From: Octopus vulgaris
Lineage: Eukaryota
DNA: 64,000 nucleotides
Reading direction: 5' to 3'
Assembly (NCBI GenBank): GCA_951406725.2
Contig: OX597816.1
Location: 62,744,001-62,808,000, forward strand
The translations under genes and the position numbers were made by a program. Of the stretch, positions 26,470-39,395 are shown one piece after another. Within the stretch, counting starts at the first letter, position 1. Each line of letters begins with the position of its first letter. A model generated the notes under the pieces. It saw only the letters and a program-made list of their open reading frames with translations. It made no database searches and was not told the DNA's origin.

Positions 26470-26736
26470 TGTGTGTGTGGTTCTCGAGCAAGGCAATTTA
26501 TTTCACGTTGCTCCAGTTCACTCAGCTGTAGAAATGAGTTGCGACGTCACTGGTGCCAAGCTGTATCGACCTTTGTCTTTCCCTTGGATAACACTGGTGG
26601 CGTGGAGAGGGGAGGCTGGTATGCATGGGCGACTGCTGGCCTTCCATAAACAACCTTGCCCGGACTTGTGTCTAGGAGGATAACTTTCTAGGTGCAATCC
26701 CATGGTCATTCATGACCGAAGGGGGTCTTTACCCTT
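26470..26736 (+). mobile_element. SINE family C, 3' part
   Basis: ctcgagcaaggcaatttatttcacgttgctccagttcactcagctgtag...gggggtctttaccc. Confidence 0.8.
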
Positions 26737-27381
26737 ATATATATATATATACATATATATATGTATGTATGTGTGTACGTGTGTGTCTGTGTGTATATTT
26801 GTGTCAGTGTGGGTATATATATATGTGTCAGTGTATCAGTATGTGCAATCTGGGTAGAAAATGGTATTGTGTACTTTCCAAAGCTCCTCTGCTAGTATTA
26901 TCTATCTGATGCTGATACACAGGTCGTACACGCGGTAACCCGTAAATGTCTGTAGAAGAGTATATTCAAAAATATTTATAAGTGGTCGCTTGAACATGGT
27001 TTTATTTCATATCCTTACAATTGTTTCAACGCATCGTTATCAGCAGTTCATTGCTGAATGTGACATATATTATAAACAACATTGCGTTAAGTTATTCTAC
27101 TCCACAAATAGTTGCATATGAACCGCTTCGGGTGAGTAGAGTAAAACTCTCTGTCGGATCAAATTTTGTCGTTCCATATTATGTAGTTCAGAAATGCAAT
27201 CACAGACTCAAAAGCTCTTATTTGGGATTTGGAAGATTTTTTTGATATTCAACATCTTTAATAATATATTTATTTTTCTTTTCTTACATTAATATGCATC
27301 TTTGTTGTCTAATATGAGAATAACTGGTACGATTAATATGTCTAATAATAATAATAATAATAATAATAATGATAATAAATT

Positions 27382-27867
27382 TACATTGTTTTGTCTTGAC
27401 ATAAAAGATGGGATACAGCAAACATTCTACTTTATACCACATATTTGCCTGTCAGTTGTTTGACCTTAACCATTTGAGCATGTCCTTTAATGGCTGGCAA
27501 TATGTACATCTCTGATCACGAGCATAAGTAGTGGGCGAACATCATAACAATGTGTCGAGAAGAATTCTTTGGGGTTTGAATAATTAATCTCTGGAATCAT
27601 GAGTGTTTCGTTCAAAATCTTTAAATAACCCTCATTCATGAATATTTTGAGTGGGATGAGCTAATTGACCTCAAGAAAATTTTAACTGGGCTTCTCCTAC
27701 AAGGTCATGTGCTGTTTACTTTGCTATGGGATCAACATGTCGTGCACATATGGTTGTGATGCATGTGCCTAGTGTACCCTTATCAGACGGGTAGTCATGC
27801 TGGGTTTAGTGGACATGGTATATTTTACCATAGTGTCATTTTGATGGTATGCCCTACTCTCTCACTC
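27382..27867 (+). mobile_element. Family E repeat in (AAT)n
   Basis: Diverged copy of 18058-18607; ends ctctctcactc then (AAT)n. Confidence 0.75.
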
Positions 27868-27876
27868 AATAATAAC

Positions 27877-27945
<69 letters not shown>

Positions 27946-27954
27946 AATAATAAT

Positions 27955-30900
27955 GAGAACACCGGGGACGTTTAAGAGAGAACACCGGAGACGTTTAAGA
28001 TGTGAGGGCGATAAAACAGTGCTCCGAAATCTATCCACAAACATCGAAAGCAAAGACATCGTATGGAGCCAAAAATTTACTGACAAAGGATTGGACTATA
28101 TCCGAGTAGGTAATACTCATTGAAATTTATTACTATTTTCGAAACGAAATGATGTATTTTAACTCGATATCATCTCCGCCTCTAACACAACACATGTAAA
28201 CATGCGTGAAACATTACGATCCATCAACACCAGATCATCCCCGACCCCAAACACCATGTACAAAAAACTACGAAGAAATTAAATAACACCGATATTATTC
28301 AACCCAAGAATAACAATCGGGAAGTACGTACTTTAAACTTACAACACAAAATGTACGAAAAATTACACGTGCAAAACAACGTGACAACAGAAATGAACGG
28401 ACCGGTACCCTACGAAAATGACGACCGTCAAAATAATGGGCCGGACGTTGTTCCTCATATCCCGCAAATAAAACCCAAAAGTCATAAATGGACACGTGAG
28501 GAATACATTTCTATCCTACACGCTCACTTTACAGCAGTGCTCTACCCAAAGACTGAAAACACAACAACACATACATATAAAATATGGAAGGAAAATAACA
28601 TATATATATAGACTTGAATACAGCAATGAACCCTAATAAACTAGCTAACGTACGAAGATACATTCTCAACGCAAAAAAAATATCACAAATAGAAATAGAA
28701 CATCTAAAAGAAAAAATACATCAGGAAAATGTAGATAGAAGCCACACAACAATGCCCAATAATATAAACACTGAAACAGTAAAACACGAAGACAAACGTA
28801 ACATTCCTAACAAACACGATGTAAACAAAAAACAACAAACCCAGACCGTAAGGATGCATAATAATACACGACAAACAGCAAGCCAAAACACAAGAAACAA
28901 ACATACAAATAAGAAAGAATGTGACGCAAATCTAAAACCTGGAAACAACGAAGGGGAGCCTAATGATTATGATAATATAAAAAGTAGAATAATCAAAGAA
29001 CTGAAAACCACAGAGCTCAAAATGGGCCACCGACCATACCTCCCAACAATCAAAATAGACGAAACAACAACACCAATTATAAACAGCATAAACCTAGCCG
29101 TCACGGAACTAATAGCCACTGAAACAAAAAGCGATATCACTGAGCTAAATGAGTTAGCATACGCAACAGCCACTGCAGCCACAAAAGAAGCTGAATACTC
29201 ATTCAAACCCGTCCAAACAGGAGTACCACCACCCAAACAAACCCTGTGGATAAATAACATCCAAAACAAAATACAAAAAGTGAGAAAAGTTCTGTCGAGT
29301 CTCAATGAAATCGGTAGACAATCAACGATACTGAGCAACAAAAAGAAAACAAAAATACTCCGCAAATACATCACAGAAAAAGATTTACCTGAGATAAAAG
29401 AAAAGCTAAAGCAAGATATCCTTGCCAAAGCACAAAGGATCCGCCGGTACGAGAAACACCAGCACTTCTTTGAACAAAACAAAAAGTTCAACTCCAACCC
29501 CAAAAAGTTCTACCAAGAACTTGGCAAAAATAAAATAGAAATCACTGCAGTACCAACGGCAGAAGAAGTGAAAGAATTCTGGAGAGAAATATGGTCAGCG
29601 AACGAACAACCAAAAACAAGGAGTATCAAAACAACACACTCAGCATTTGAGCAACTTTGGACCCCCATAACAACTGAGGAGGTCACTCAGGCACTGCAAA
29701 GACTAAGCAACTGGAAGGCACCTGGGCATGACAAGATCCCCAACTTCTGGTTGAAATATCTAACAGGAATGCACAAAAAGCTGGCTGAAAATTTTAACAA
29801 CATACTGGCAGAGCCAGCGACAATGCCTGAATGGCTCACGAAGGGGAAAACCATCTTAATTCCCAAATCAAATGAGACAGCAAAACCAGAAAACTACAGA
29901 CCAATAACCTGTCTCCCTACAATGTACAAGGCATTTACTGCAGGGATATCGCAAAGGTTGAACAAGCACCTGGAGGAAAACAACCTGTTTCCAGAAGAGC
30001 AGAAAGTATGCCGCAAAGGCTCATATGGCTGTAAAGATCAACTAATGATTAATAAAGCCATAACTGAAGACAGCCACAGAAAGAAGAAAGGCCTCAGTAT
30101 GACCTGGATCGACTACAAAAAGGCGTTTGATAGAATCCCCCACACATGGATCCTCGAAACACTAGCCATGAACAAAATAGCACCAACAATTATAAAATTC
30201 ATAGGACACTCGATGAATAAATGGCAAACAGTGTTACAGTTCCAAACAAAAGACGATCAGCCACCTTTTATATATGGATGACCTAAAACTATATGCTGCA
30301 AATGACAAACAGCTGGAAACACTATTAAAGACAGTTCAGGGATTTACCAAAGAAATAGATATGAAATTTGGATTAGAAAAATGCGCCAAAGTAACCATGA
30401 AAAGAGGAAAACTAGTTAAGAGTAGCAACATCACACTAGATAAAACCAATGAAATAAAAGAATTAGACCAATGCCAAACTTACAAATACTTAGGAATCCA
30501 TGAACTAGATAAGACACAACACATACAAATGAAAGAGAAAATAAAAAAAGAATATTATAGACGAGTTAGATCAATACTTAAACAGAGCTCAATGCTAAAA
30601 ACAAGATAATAGGTATTAACACTTTAGCTGTCCCATTTATAAGTTACAGCTACAATATCCTTAACTGAACATTAAATGAACTGATCAAAATAGATAGGAA
30701 AACAAGAAAAATAATGACAGGATCTAGGATGCATCACCCAAAATATGACATAGAAAGACTATATATAGAACGTATAGAAGGTGGTGGAGGCCTTATACAG
30801 CTGGAAAACTACAATAAAATAACCACCATAGGACTGCAAAAATATCTACTTCAGAAGGAAGGAAAACTGATACAAATAGCGGCAAAACACGAGCAAAACA

Positions 30901-32054
30901 AAAATCTGTTCTCGGTATTTAAGGACGCTGACAAATACAAACAAGAAATCATACCACCTAACAAATATGAAGAAGAAGAAGAAGAAGAAGAAGAAGAAGA
31001 AGAAGAAGAAGAAGAAGAAGAAGAAGAAGAAGAAGAAGAAGAAGAAGAAGAAGAAGAAGAAGAAGAAGAAGAAGAAGAAGAAGAAGAAGAAGAAGAAGAA
31101 GAAGAAGAAGAAGAAGAAGAAACAACAAAAGCTATAAACAAATGAAATCCAAACTAAAACTAGAACAGCAAAGAACCATGATAAAACGATGGCAAGAAAA
31201 GCCCCTTCATGGTAAATACTGGACTAAACTAAATGCAAAAGAAATAGACAAGGAAAAATCCCAGCAATGGTTGAGAAGCTCAGGACTCAAAGCAGAGACA
31301 GAGGGATTTTTAATTGCAGCACAAGACCAAAGCCTCCCCACCAGAAATTACCAAAAACATGTAATGAAAAGAAATATAACAAGTAACTGCAGACTATGTG
31401 GAAATGGACCAGAAACAATAAATCATATTATCTCTGGCTGCCCAGTCCTGCCTAAGAAGGAATATATTCACAGACATGACAGAATTGGAACCTACATACA
31501 CTGGAAGCTATGCCAACATTATGGAATAACAACAGAAAAAAGATGGTATAGGCACTCACCAGAAAAGGTCATAGAAAACGAGAAAGCAACCATACTCTGG
31601 GATATGCCGATACACACAGATAGAGAAATTAAGGCCAACAGACCAGATATAGTTGTCAGAGATCATGAAGAAAAAAATGCTTTCTAATTGATGTATCAAT
31701 ACCGGCAGATGACAACGTGTCTATAAAAGAAATGGAGAAACTTTCAAAATACAAAGACCTGGAAATAGAGGTAAAACTGAATGTGGAATCTAAAAACAGA
31801 AACAATTCCTATCATAGTAGGTGCATTAGGCATGATAAAAAAATATTCAGACAAATACATAACAAAAACACCAGGACTTACAAACACATATAACATACAG
31901 AAAATTGCACTACTAGGCACTGCACACACCCTACGCAGAACAATTTCCACACAATAACCATCAGAGCATCACAACAAATCACAGCACATACCCAAGGCAC
32001 AGAGAGCTGCGCTCGGTCGTGAAGTGAAAGCACACTATAAAAATAAAACTACTG
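27955..32054 (+). mobile_element. Near-full-length R4/Dong-clade non-LTR retrotransposon (RT plus restriction-like endonuclease), inactivated
   Basis: ORF pieces 28614-30281 (WKAPGHD, YRPITCL, WIDYKKAFD), 30274-30609 (YMDDLKL, YKYLG), 30714-31145 and 31142-31687 (CCHC knuckle CRLC..ETINHIISGC, RHD, RPDIV). Inserted in (AAT)n; frameshifts and stops. Confidence 0.92.
30969..31121 (+). repeat. (GAA)n expansion inside the LINE ORF (poly-Glu)
   Basis: About 51 uninterrupted GAA units, in frame. Confidence 0.95.
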
Positions 32055-32097
32055 AATAATAATAATAATATTAATAATAATAATAATAATAATAATA

Positions 32098-32323
32098 AAT
32101 GCCCTGATGCAGATCCAGGCAGTATCTCCCATGGTTTCAGATCTTAACTGATTGGAAGTGTTATCGTGTACATTGTTTTGTCTTGGTATAAAAGATGGGC
32201 TACAGCAAATATTCTGCTCAATACCACAGATTTGCTTGTCAGTTGTTTGACCTTAACCAGTTGAGCATTCCCTTAGTGGCTGACGATATGTGTATCTCTG
32301 ATTACGAGCAGAAGCAGTGGGGA
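32098..32323 (+). mobile_element. Family E repeat, 5' part, joined to a minus-strand SINE A head (to about 32408)
   Basis: gccctgatgcag...gatcttaactgattggaagtg matches the 18058-18607 family and switches abruptly to gacacttgccc...accacacaaccactcct. Confidence 0.7.
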
Positions 32324-32894
32324 GACACTTGCCCAAAGTGCCACGCATTGGGACTGAACCCGGAACCATGTGGTTGGTAAGTAAGCTACTTACCACACAA
32401 CCACTCCTGGAACAAATTCTATTGCTTTACTTCGTCTCACAAAGTTTAGGGATATATAAATAGTACCCCCGTCAAAAGAAGCTTTCATATTTGCTTCTAT
32501 CAACTTATGTTTGATACTCGGTATCTGTTACCACTCTTAAATAGAAAAAATATCCTTTTTCATTACACCATAAACCGAAAAACGCGCACTCAAGCGTCAG
32601 TTGTGGGACTCCCACCATTCACTTCAAGCTAACAAGCTACCAAACTTGATATTGTTCCTCCATCAAAGACAGCTCCTCTGTTCTGTTCTTGGAGGACATC
32701 AATAAAGACCATAGTCACGCGGAGGACAAGGGATCCTCCACTGCTCCCATCTAGTTTACAAAAACTATGTGACTAAAACTATGGATGTCGTAGTATTTAA
32801 TTATCGCAGATGTGCAGGTTATTGTTGATGTAAAGAGACCATCTGGCACCCCCCTGTGAAGTATTAATCGTGCGCTACGCAGTTGTACCTGAAG

Positions 32895-33048
32895 TGTGGC
32901 TGAGTGGTAAGTAGCTTGCTTACCAGCCACACGGTTTCGGATTCAGTCCCATTGCGTGGCACCATGAGCAAGTGTCTTCTACTATAGCCTCGGGCCGACC
33001 AAAGCCTTGTGAGTGGATTTGGTAGATGGAAACTGAAAAAAGCCCGTC

Positions 33049-33111
<63 letters not shown>

Positions 33112-33310
33112 TATGTATATGTTTGTGTGTCTTGTACCCCCAACATCGATGCTGGTGATGTTTACGTCCCCGTTACTTAGCGATTCGGCAAGAGAGACCG
33201 ATAGAATAAGTACAAGGCTTACAAAGAATAAGTCCTGGGGTCGATTTGCTCGACTAAAGGCGGTGCTCCAGCATGGCCGCAGTCAAATGACTGAAACAAA
33301 TAAAAGAAAG
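32895..33310 (+). mobile_element. SINE family A
   Basis: Head, (TA)n and 3' half present. Confidence 0.88.
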
Positions 33311-34332
33311 AAAAAGAAAAATAAATTAAAGTAGGGACGATTTCCCCACTGTCAGTTTTATTCTTCTTCAGTAAGATTCCATTTTGTTCCTGTCACATCT
33401 CAAACTTCCTTGAAGATATGAGCAGGCGCGTTAGATGACGAAAGCATCTTCTTTGCTTCGTCATTCTCCACAAGATCCAAGTCGCCTTCATGATGGATGG
33501 GTCAACACCAGTTCTGAAGAGGTGATGTGGGGACAAACACAAACGCACGCACACACACACGCACACGCACACACACACACACACACATACACACACGCGG
33601 GTGCACACATACGCACATACATGCGGATGCGCACACGAAGACACACACACACATATACGACAGGCTTCTTTCAGTTTCCTTCTACCAAATTCTCTTGCAA
33701 AGACTTGACCGGCACGAAGTTACGGTAGAAGACACTCGCCCAATGTGCCACGACTTGAACCCAGGACTATGTGGTTAGAAATCAAACCACGAAGACACGA
33801 CACTAATGGTTGTATTCACTCTAAAATCAATGTTATCGTACGTAGCCAATCCTGGCATCCTACGCGTTGACGCACCTAATTTCTAATGAATCCTGTAAAT
33901 AATTCATATCTAAATATATATATATATTTTCACGCACACACAAACACACACAAATATACACAAGTATATACGTGTCGATGTGTGCATATATATATGTATA
34001 TATGTACATATTAGTCTGTGTTTCTGTGTGTGTACACGTATGAGTGCATTTTATTAAAAGCAAAGCATTTTCTCTGAATCTAATGGCGTCCAAGGCTCTT
34101 TTTCCCTTTGTGCCCCAGGACAACGTAATATATTTTCCTATATACTTCATGACATCGAATTTCACAAGCTACTTAAACATTGCTAAACAAGATATTTTTT
34201 CCCCTTGAAATAGCAGTAATCTTCTTTAAATTTTTAGCATGTGTGCGTGAGTGTGTGCTCGTTTGTGTGCGAGTATGTAGGTATATATGTATATATATTT
34301 ATTTATATATGAACGTGTATATGTGTGTATAT

Positions 34333-34386
<54 letters not shown>

Positions 34387-34410
34387 ATACATAGACACAC
34401 TTATATATAC

Positions 34411-34444
<34 letters not shown>

Positions 34445-35186
34445 TTTAAATATTATATATACATATATACAAGCACATGCTTTTAGACATAAAAATACAT
34501 GCAAACACACACACATCCACATAGACACAAACACGGACATACACATACGAGCACACACACACACACGCACACACACGAACACACGCACACACGCACACAA
34601 ATATATATATAGTTTCGTAGCTGCAAAATGGAAATGATGTGCAATTATGCTAAGGGAAGTACTCAATAATCTGGTGGAGAGGTAGATTTTAACCAAGAAA
34701 ATCTAATGATAAATTCAAATTTAAAAATATATATATATGTGTGTGTTTGTGTGTGTATGTGTGTGTGTGTGTGTGTTTGTGTTTGTTTGTGTGTGTGTGT
34801 GTGCTTGCATTATGTATACATACCTGTCTGTCCGTCTGTCTCTCTGCATGCATGTATGTATATGTGTGCGTATGTGGAAGCATTTCTTGCGTAATATTTC
34901 ATTCGCAAAGGCCAAATAGCTGACATTCTCGTGGTTATTGATATTGAAAGCAAAATAAGGTTATTATATTTGAAAAATAACAAATAAGCACTGTCGATAA
35001 GCTTATCTTCCCTTCTTCTTCTTCTCCATCACGCCATTTGCATTTCTCATGCAGCATCTAGTGTATCAGATAATAAGAAAATCGAAGGGCATGAATAAGC
35101 ATCTCTTGTTCAACTCTTGTTTTTCGCCATTTTGCTTTGATGCGAAATAACCTCGGAGAAGAGAATATTGTACGTTATATAACAGC

Positions 35187-35189
<3 letters not shown>

Positions 35190-35256
<67 letters not shown>

Positions 35257-35340
35257 TCTTACCTCCTTGCACAAGTTACTTCTACAACAGCAGTAACAAC
35301 AACAACAACTACAATTTCGACTACTACTACGACTACTACA

Positions 35341-35407
<67 letters not shown>

Positions 35408-35742
35408 ACACCACCACCGCTAATACCAACATCAATGCCGGCACCACCCACACCGCTACTACCACCACCACCACCACCACCACTGCTACTACTACTATTA
35501 CTACTAATACTACTAACACCACTACCGCCAACACCAACATCACTGCTGCCACTACCACAACCGCCGCCGTCACCGCCGCCACCACCAGCACCATTGCAAC
35601 CACCACCACCATCACCACCACCACCACCACCACCACCACCACCACTATTACTACTACTACTATGAGTGTTATTGTTTCGTTGCTGCCACTGTTGTAGTTG
35701 TTCTTTTCTTTTTTGGAATATGATTATTATTATTATTATCAC

Positions 35743-35803
<61 letters not shown>

Positions 35804-35814
35804 ATCATCATTAT

Positions 35815-35846
<32 letters not shown>

Positions 35847-35884
35847 CTACTATTATTATCATCATTATTATTATTATTATTATT
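35190..35884. repeat. Compound trinucleotide microsatellite (ATT)n/(ACT)n/(ACC)n
   Basis: Seen directly; source of the poly-T/P/V/G ORFs. Confidence 0.95.
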
Positions 35885-36409
35885 CTGCCAGGAAAAATCT
35901 AGCCATCATTGCAAATAAAATTGCTAGTGGGCATAATTACATGAAACGGAATTATTCTAATGGCTTCCAGTTTAGAATGAACAAACAAAAAGCAATTTCC
36001 TTTGGGTACTTCCCATGAATCCTTTCGGCTGTACATTGAGAGTAAATGGCATGATAGAAAATTAAATTAACGCTTGGATGTCTTACGCGGAAATTTGTTG
36101 AAGAAAGTGTTTGTTGGAGACGGAGATATGCATCTTGTATACTAATGTAAAAATACTCACGCTGCTGTAGTTTGTACTGTGTTCCTATATGACATAATTG
36201 GGTGTATATAAAGGAGAGAATATATATTCGGGTGTATGAAGATATGTTCGTTGTGTAAGTTTATACACATGCACAAATTTGTATACATACATATATATAT
36301 ATGTATATACATACATATATATAAATATATATATATATATACATATATAATTATGTATATATATATATATATATATAATATATAATATATATATATAATG
36401 TATATATAC

Positions 36410-36546
<137 letters not shown>

Positions 36547-36728
36547 CGGCATACACTCATATGTGTGTACGTTTCATTTTGTTTTTGTGTGTATGTGTGA
36601 AGATCACACGAAGTCATCCATTTGTATATAATTTGAAAAACAACAATACTCGCCCTCTAAAAACCAACGTTAACGCTACACCAATATATTCAACCTTTCA
36701 CAATGTGCGTGCATGTGCGTGCATGTGC

Positions 36729-36772
<44 letters not shown>

Positions 36773-37155
36773 ATGTATGTGTGTGACATAGGAACAGTGT
36801 CTATGTGTCAAAAGCTGGGGATTAGTTAAGAATTCCATTAGAGCTTTGATCAAGGGAATGACCTGTGGCATAGTCCATAATTTCAAAACTGTGGTTTCTT
36901 TCACAGGAAGAACTTAGTAGAAAACAAGACTAAAAAATTCTTATTACGCTACAAATCCAGGGATACTAGCAGCAGCGTAAACAGCCTGAGACGATTTTAA
37001 CTAGATGTTTTTCCTGCTTTTTATGTTTAATTGGATATTGAAACTACCTGACGTAATCTGATCGTTCTATACCTTCACAGATGAAGATTTACTTCATGCT
37101 ACCCTGAGAACGTATCATATATCGCAAGAATTCCTGCTTGCTATGAACTTGTATG

Positions 37156-37406
37156 TATAAACTTAGATAAACTTAGATATGTTTCGACCAAAGATTGGTC
37201 CAGCCCATGTCTAATTTAATAGCACCACCTGATAGGATTATCTAAATCCTGTTTAAATTAAGTTTTGTTTATGGTCCATTCAAGTAGTGAGTTCTTGTTG
37301 GGTGAGTTGTATCCAGGTATGGGTGGCTTATCCTGTATTCCTTGAAGAAATCTGTCCAGACTCCGTTTAAACTTGATGGGATCCTCTTTGATCTCTTTCG
37401 GGACAC

Positions 37407-37409
<3 letters not shown>
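37156..37409 (-). mobile_element. 3' end of a CR1/L2-group LINE
   Basis: NSVPKEIKEDPIKFKRSLDRFLQGIQDKPPIPGY...NSLLEW* plus a short tandem-repeat tail (ataaacttag x2). Confidence 0.65.
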
Positions 37410-37482
<73 letters not shown>

Positions 37483-37504
37483 GTTGTTGTTGTTGTTGTT
37501 GTTC

Positions 37505-37660
37505 AAGACACCTGAAATTTCCCAAAGACACCTGGAGGAGGCTCGAGAGTATATCAGCCGAAACGTTGTGTTAACAACAAACAAGATGAGGACAAATATC
37601 CGTCGAATGTAAATATTGTAAATGATGTACATAATTCCTCATCTCTTAAATATAGAACTG
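37505..37660 (+). mobile_element. PLE-like pLTR fragment (same family as 53132-53469) with a degenerate hammerhead at 37527-37572
   Basis: gacac-CTGGAGG-A-ggctc..cagcc-GAAACGTT-gtgtt; ends cttaaatatagaactg like the 53-kb copy. Confidence 0.75.
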
Positions 37661-38306
37661 AAGTGTCGGTTTGTTTATTTGCGCGTAAGTTAGCGGTTCG
37701 GCATAATAGAGAGAGTAAATACCAGGGTTAAGAGATAATAGGTACTTAGAGCAATTTGTTCGACTAAACCCTTCGCAGCGCTACTCCAGCGTGGCCACAA
37801 TCCAGTGACTGAAACAAATAAAGAACAAAAGAATGACTGTAACTATACATAAGGTAATGGGTGCAGGCATAGATGTCCATACAACTAATTGATTTTAGGC
37901 CTCGTTAATGAGGAAACGGTTACTTCATTGCAGCACAGCATTATTTCAATGCCTATGACCGTATAATAAGAGATTTGTAATTGTATTAATCAAATCCGAA
38001 ATTTCTCTCAGAGATACCGGAAAACAACCTTTATTGAATTTTAAATATTAACTACAAATTGAATTTATCATTCAAGTTGCAAAGAAATATTTTTGTTCAA
38101 AACGGAGAACAATGGGTGTGTACTCCAGTTAGCTATAAATACGAGTATACCCGTCGCTAACTGATTTATCTACTGTCACCAAGCCATGGAATGGCATGCC
38201 TCTAACCTTCTTTGGTTTCAGAGTCCGTTACTCATACCATTTACCAAATTAATGCCCTCTTCCTCTCTTCCTCTCCGCTGTAGATCCATTAGCAACAATA
38301 TTTGCC

Positions 38307-38503
38307 TTACTCTTTACTTGTTTCAGTCATTTGATTGCTGCCATGTTGAAGCATCACCTTTAGTCGAAGCAAATCGACCCCAAGACTTATTCTTTAGAAG
38401 CCTAGTACTTATTCTCTCGGTCTCTTTTGCTGAACCGCTAACTTACGGGGACGTAAACACACCAGCATCGGTTGTCACAGACACACAAACATATACACAC
38501 ATA

Positions 38504-38560
<57 letters not shown>

Positions 38561-38712
38561 GACGGGCTTCTTTCAGTTTCCGTCTACCAAATCCACTCAC
38601 AACGCTTTGGTCGGCCCGAGGCTATAGTAGAAAACACTTGCCCAAAGTTCCACGCAGTAGGACTGTACTCGGAACCATGTGGTTGGTAAGCAAGCTACTT
38701 ACCACACAGCCA
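38307..38712 (-). mobile_element. SINE family A
   Basis: Reverse-complement copy, head-to-head with 38901-39395. Confidence 0.88.
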
Positions 38713-38900
38713 TTATGCCCAAAGCAAAATAATTGGGGTTTTTTGGGGTTGTTGCTGCTGTCATTGTAAATGAAAATTCTAGTGGCGGGGCTTCCTGAAA
38801 TATTCTATAATTTGTGGATATAAAATAGGCAAGAACCTGGCTTCGTTAGAATTTGTAAAATAAGAAACCTTGATTATAGTTGTATTCAAAGTTATGTAAT

Positions 38901-39070
38901 AGGCGCATGAGTGGCTGTGTGGTAAGTATCTTGCTTACCAGCCACATGGTTCTGGGTTCAGTCCCACTGTGTGGAACCTTGGGCAAGTGTCTTCTACTGA
39001 AGCCTCGGGCCGACCAAAGCATTGTGGGTGGATTTGGTAGACGGAAACTGAAAGAAGCCCGTCGTATATA

Positions 39071-39155
<85 letters not shown>

Positions 39156-39395
39156 ATATATACATATATGTATATGTGTGTGTTTGTGTGTCTGTTTTTG
39201 TCCACCCCTCCAACATCGCTTGACAACCGATGCTGGTGTGTTTATGTGCCCGTAGCTTAGCGGTTCGGCAAAAGTGACCGATAGAATAAGCACTAGGCTT
39301 ACAAAGAATAAGTCCTGGGGTCGATTTGCTCGACTAAAGGCGGTGCTCCAGCATGGCCGCAGTCAAATGACTGAAACAAGTAAATGAGTAAAGAG
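38901..39395 (+). mobile_element. SINE family A, full length
   Basis: Complete head, microsatellite and 3' half. Confidence 0.9.

Noticed and set aside
35110-35902. Mucin-like, poly-Pro and poly-Gly ORFs
   Set aside because: Compound trinucleotide microsatellite that is open in several frames on both strands.
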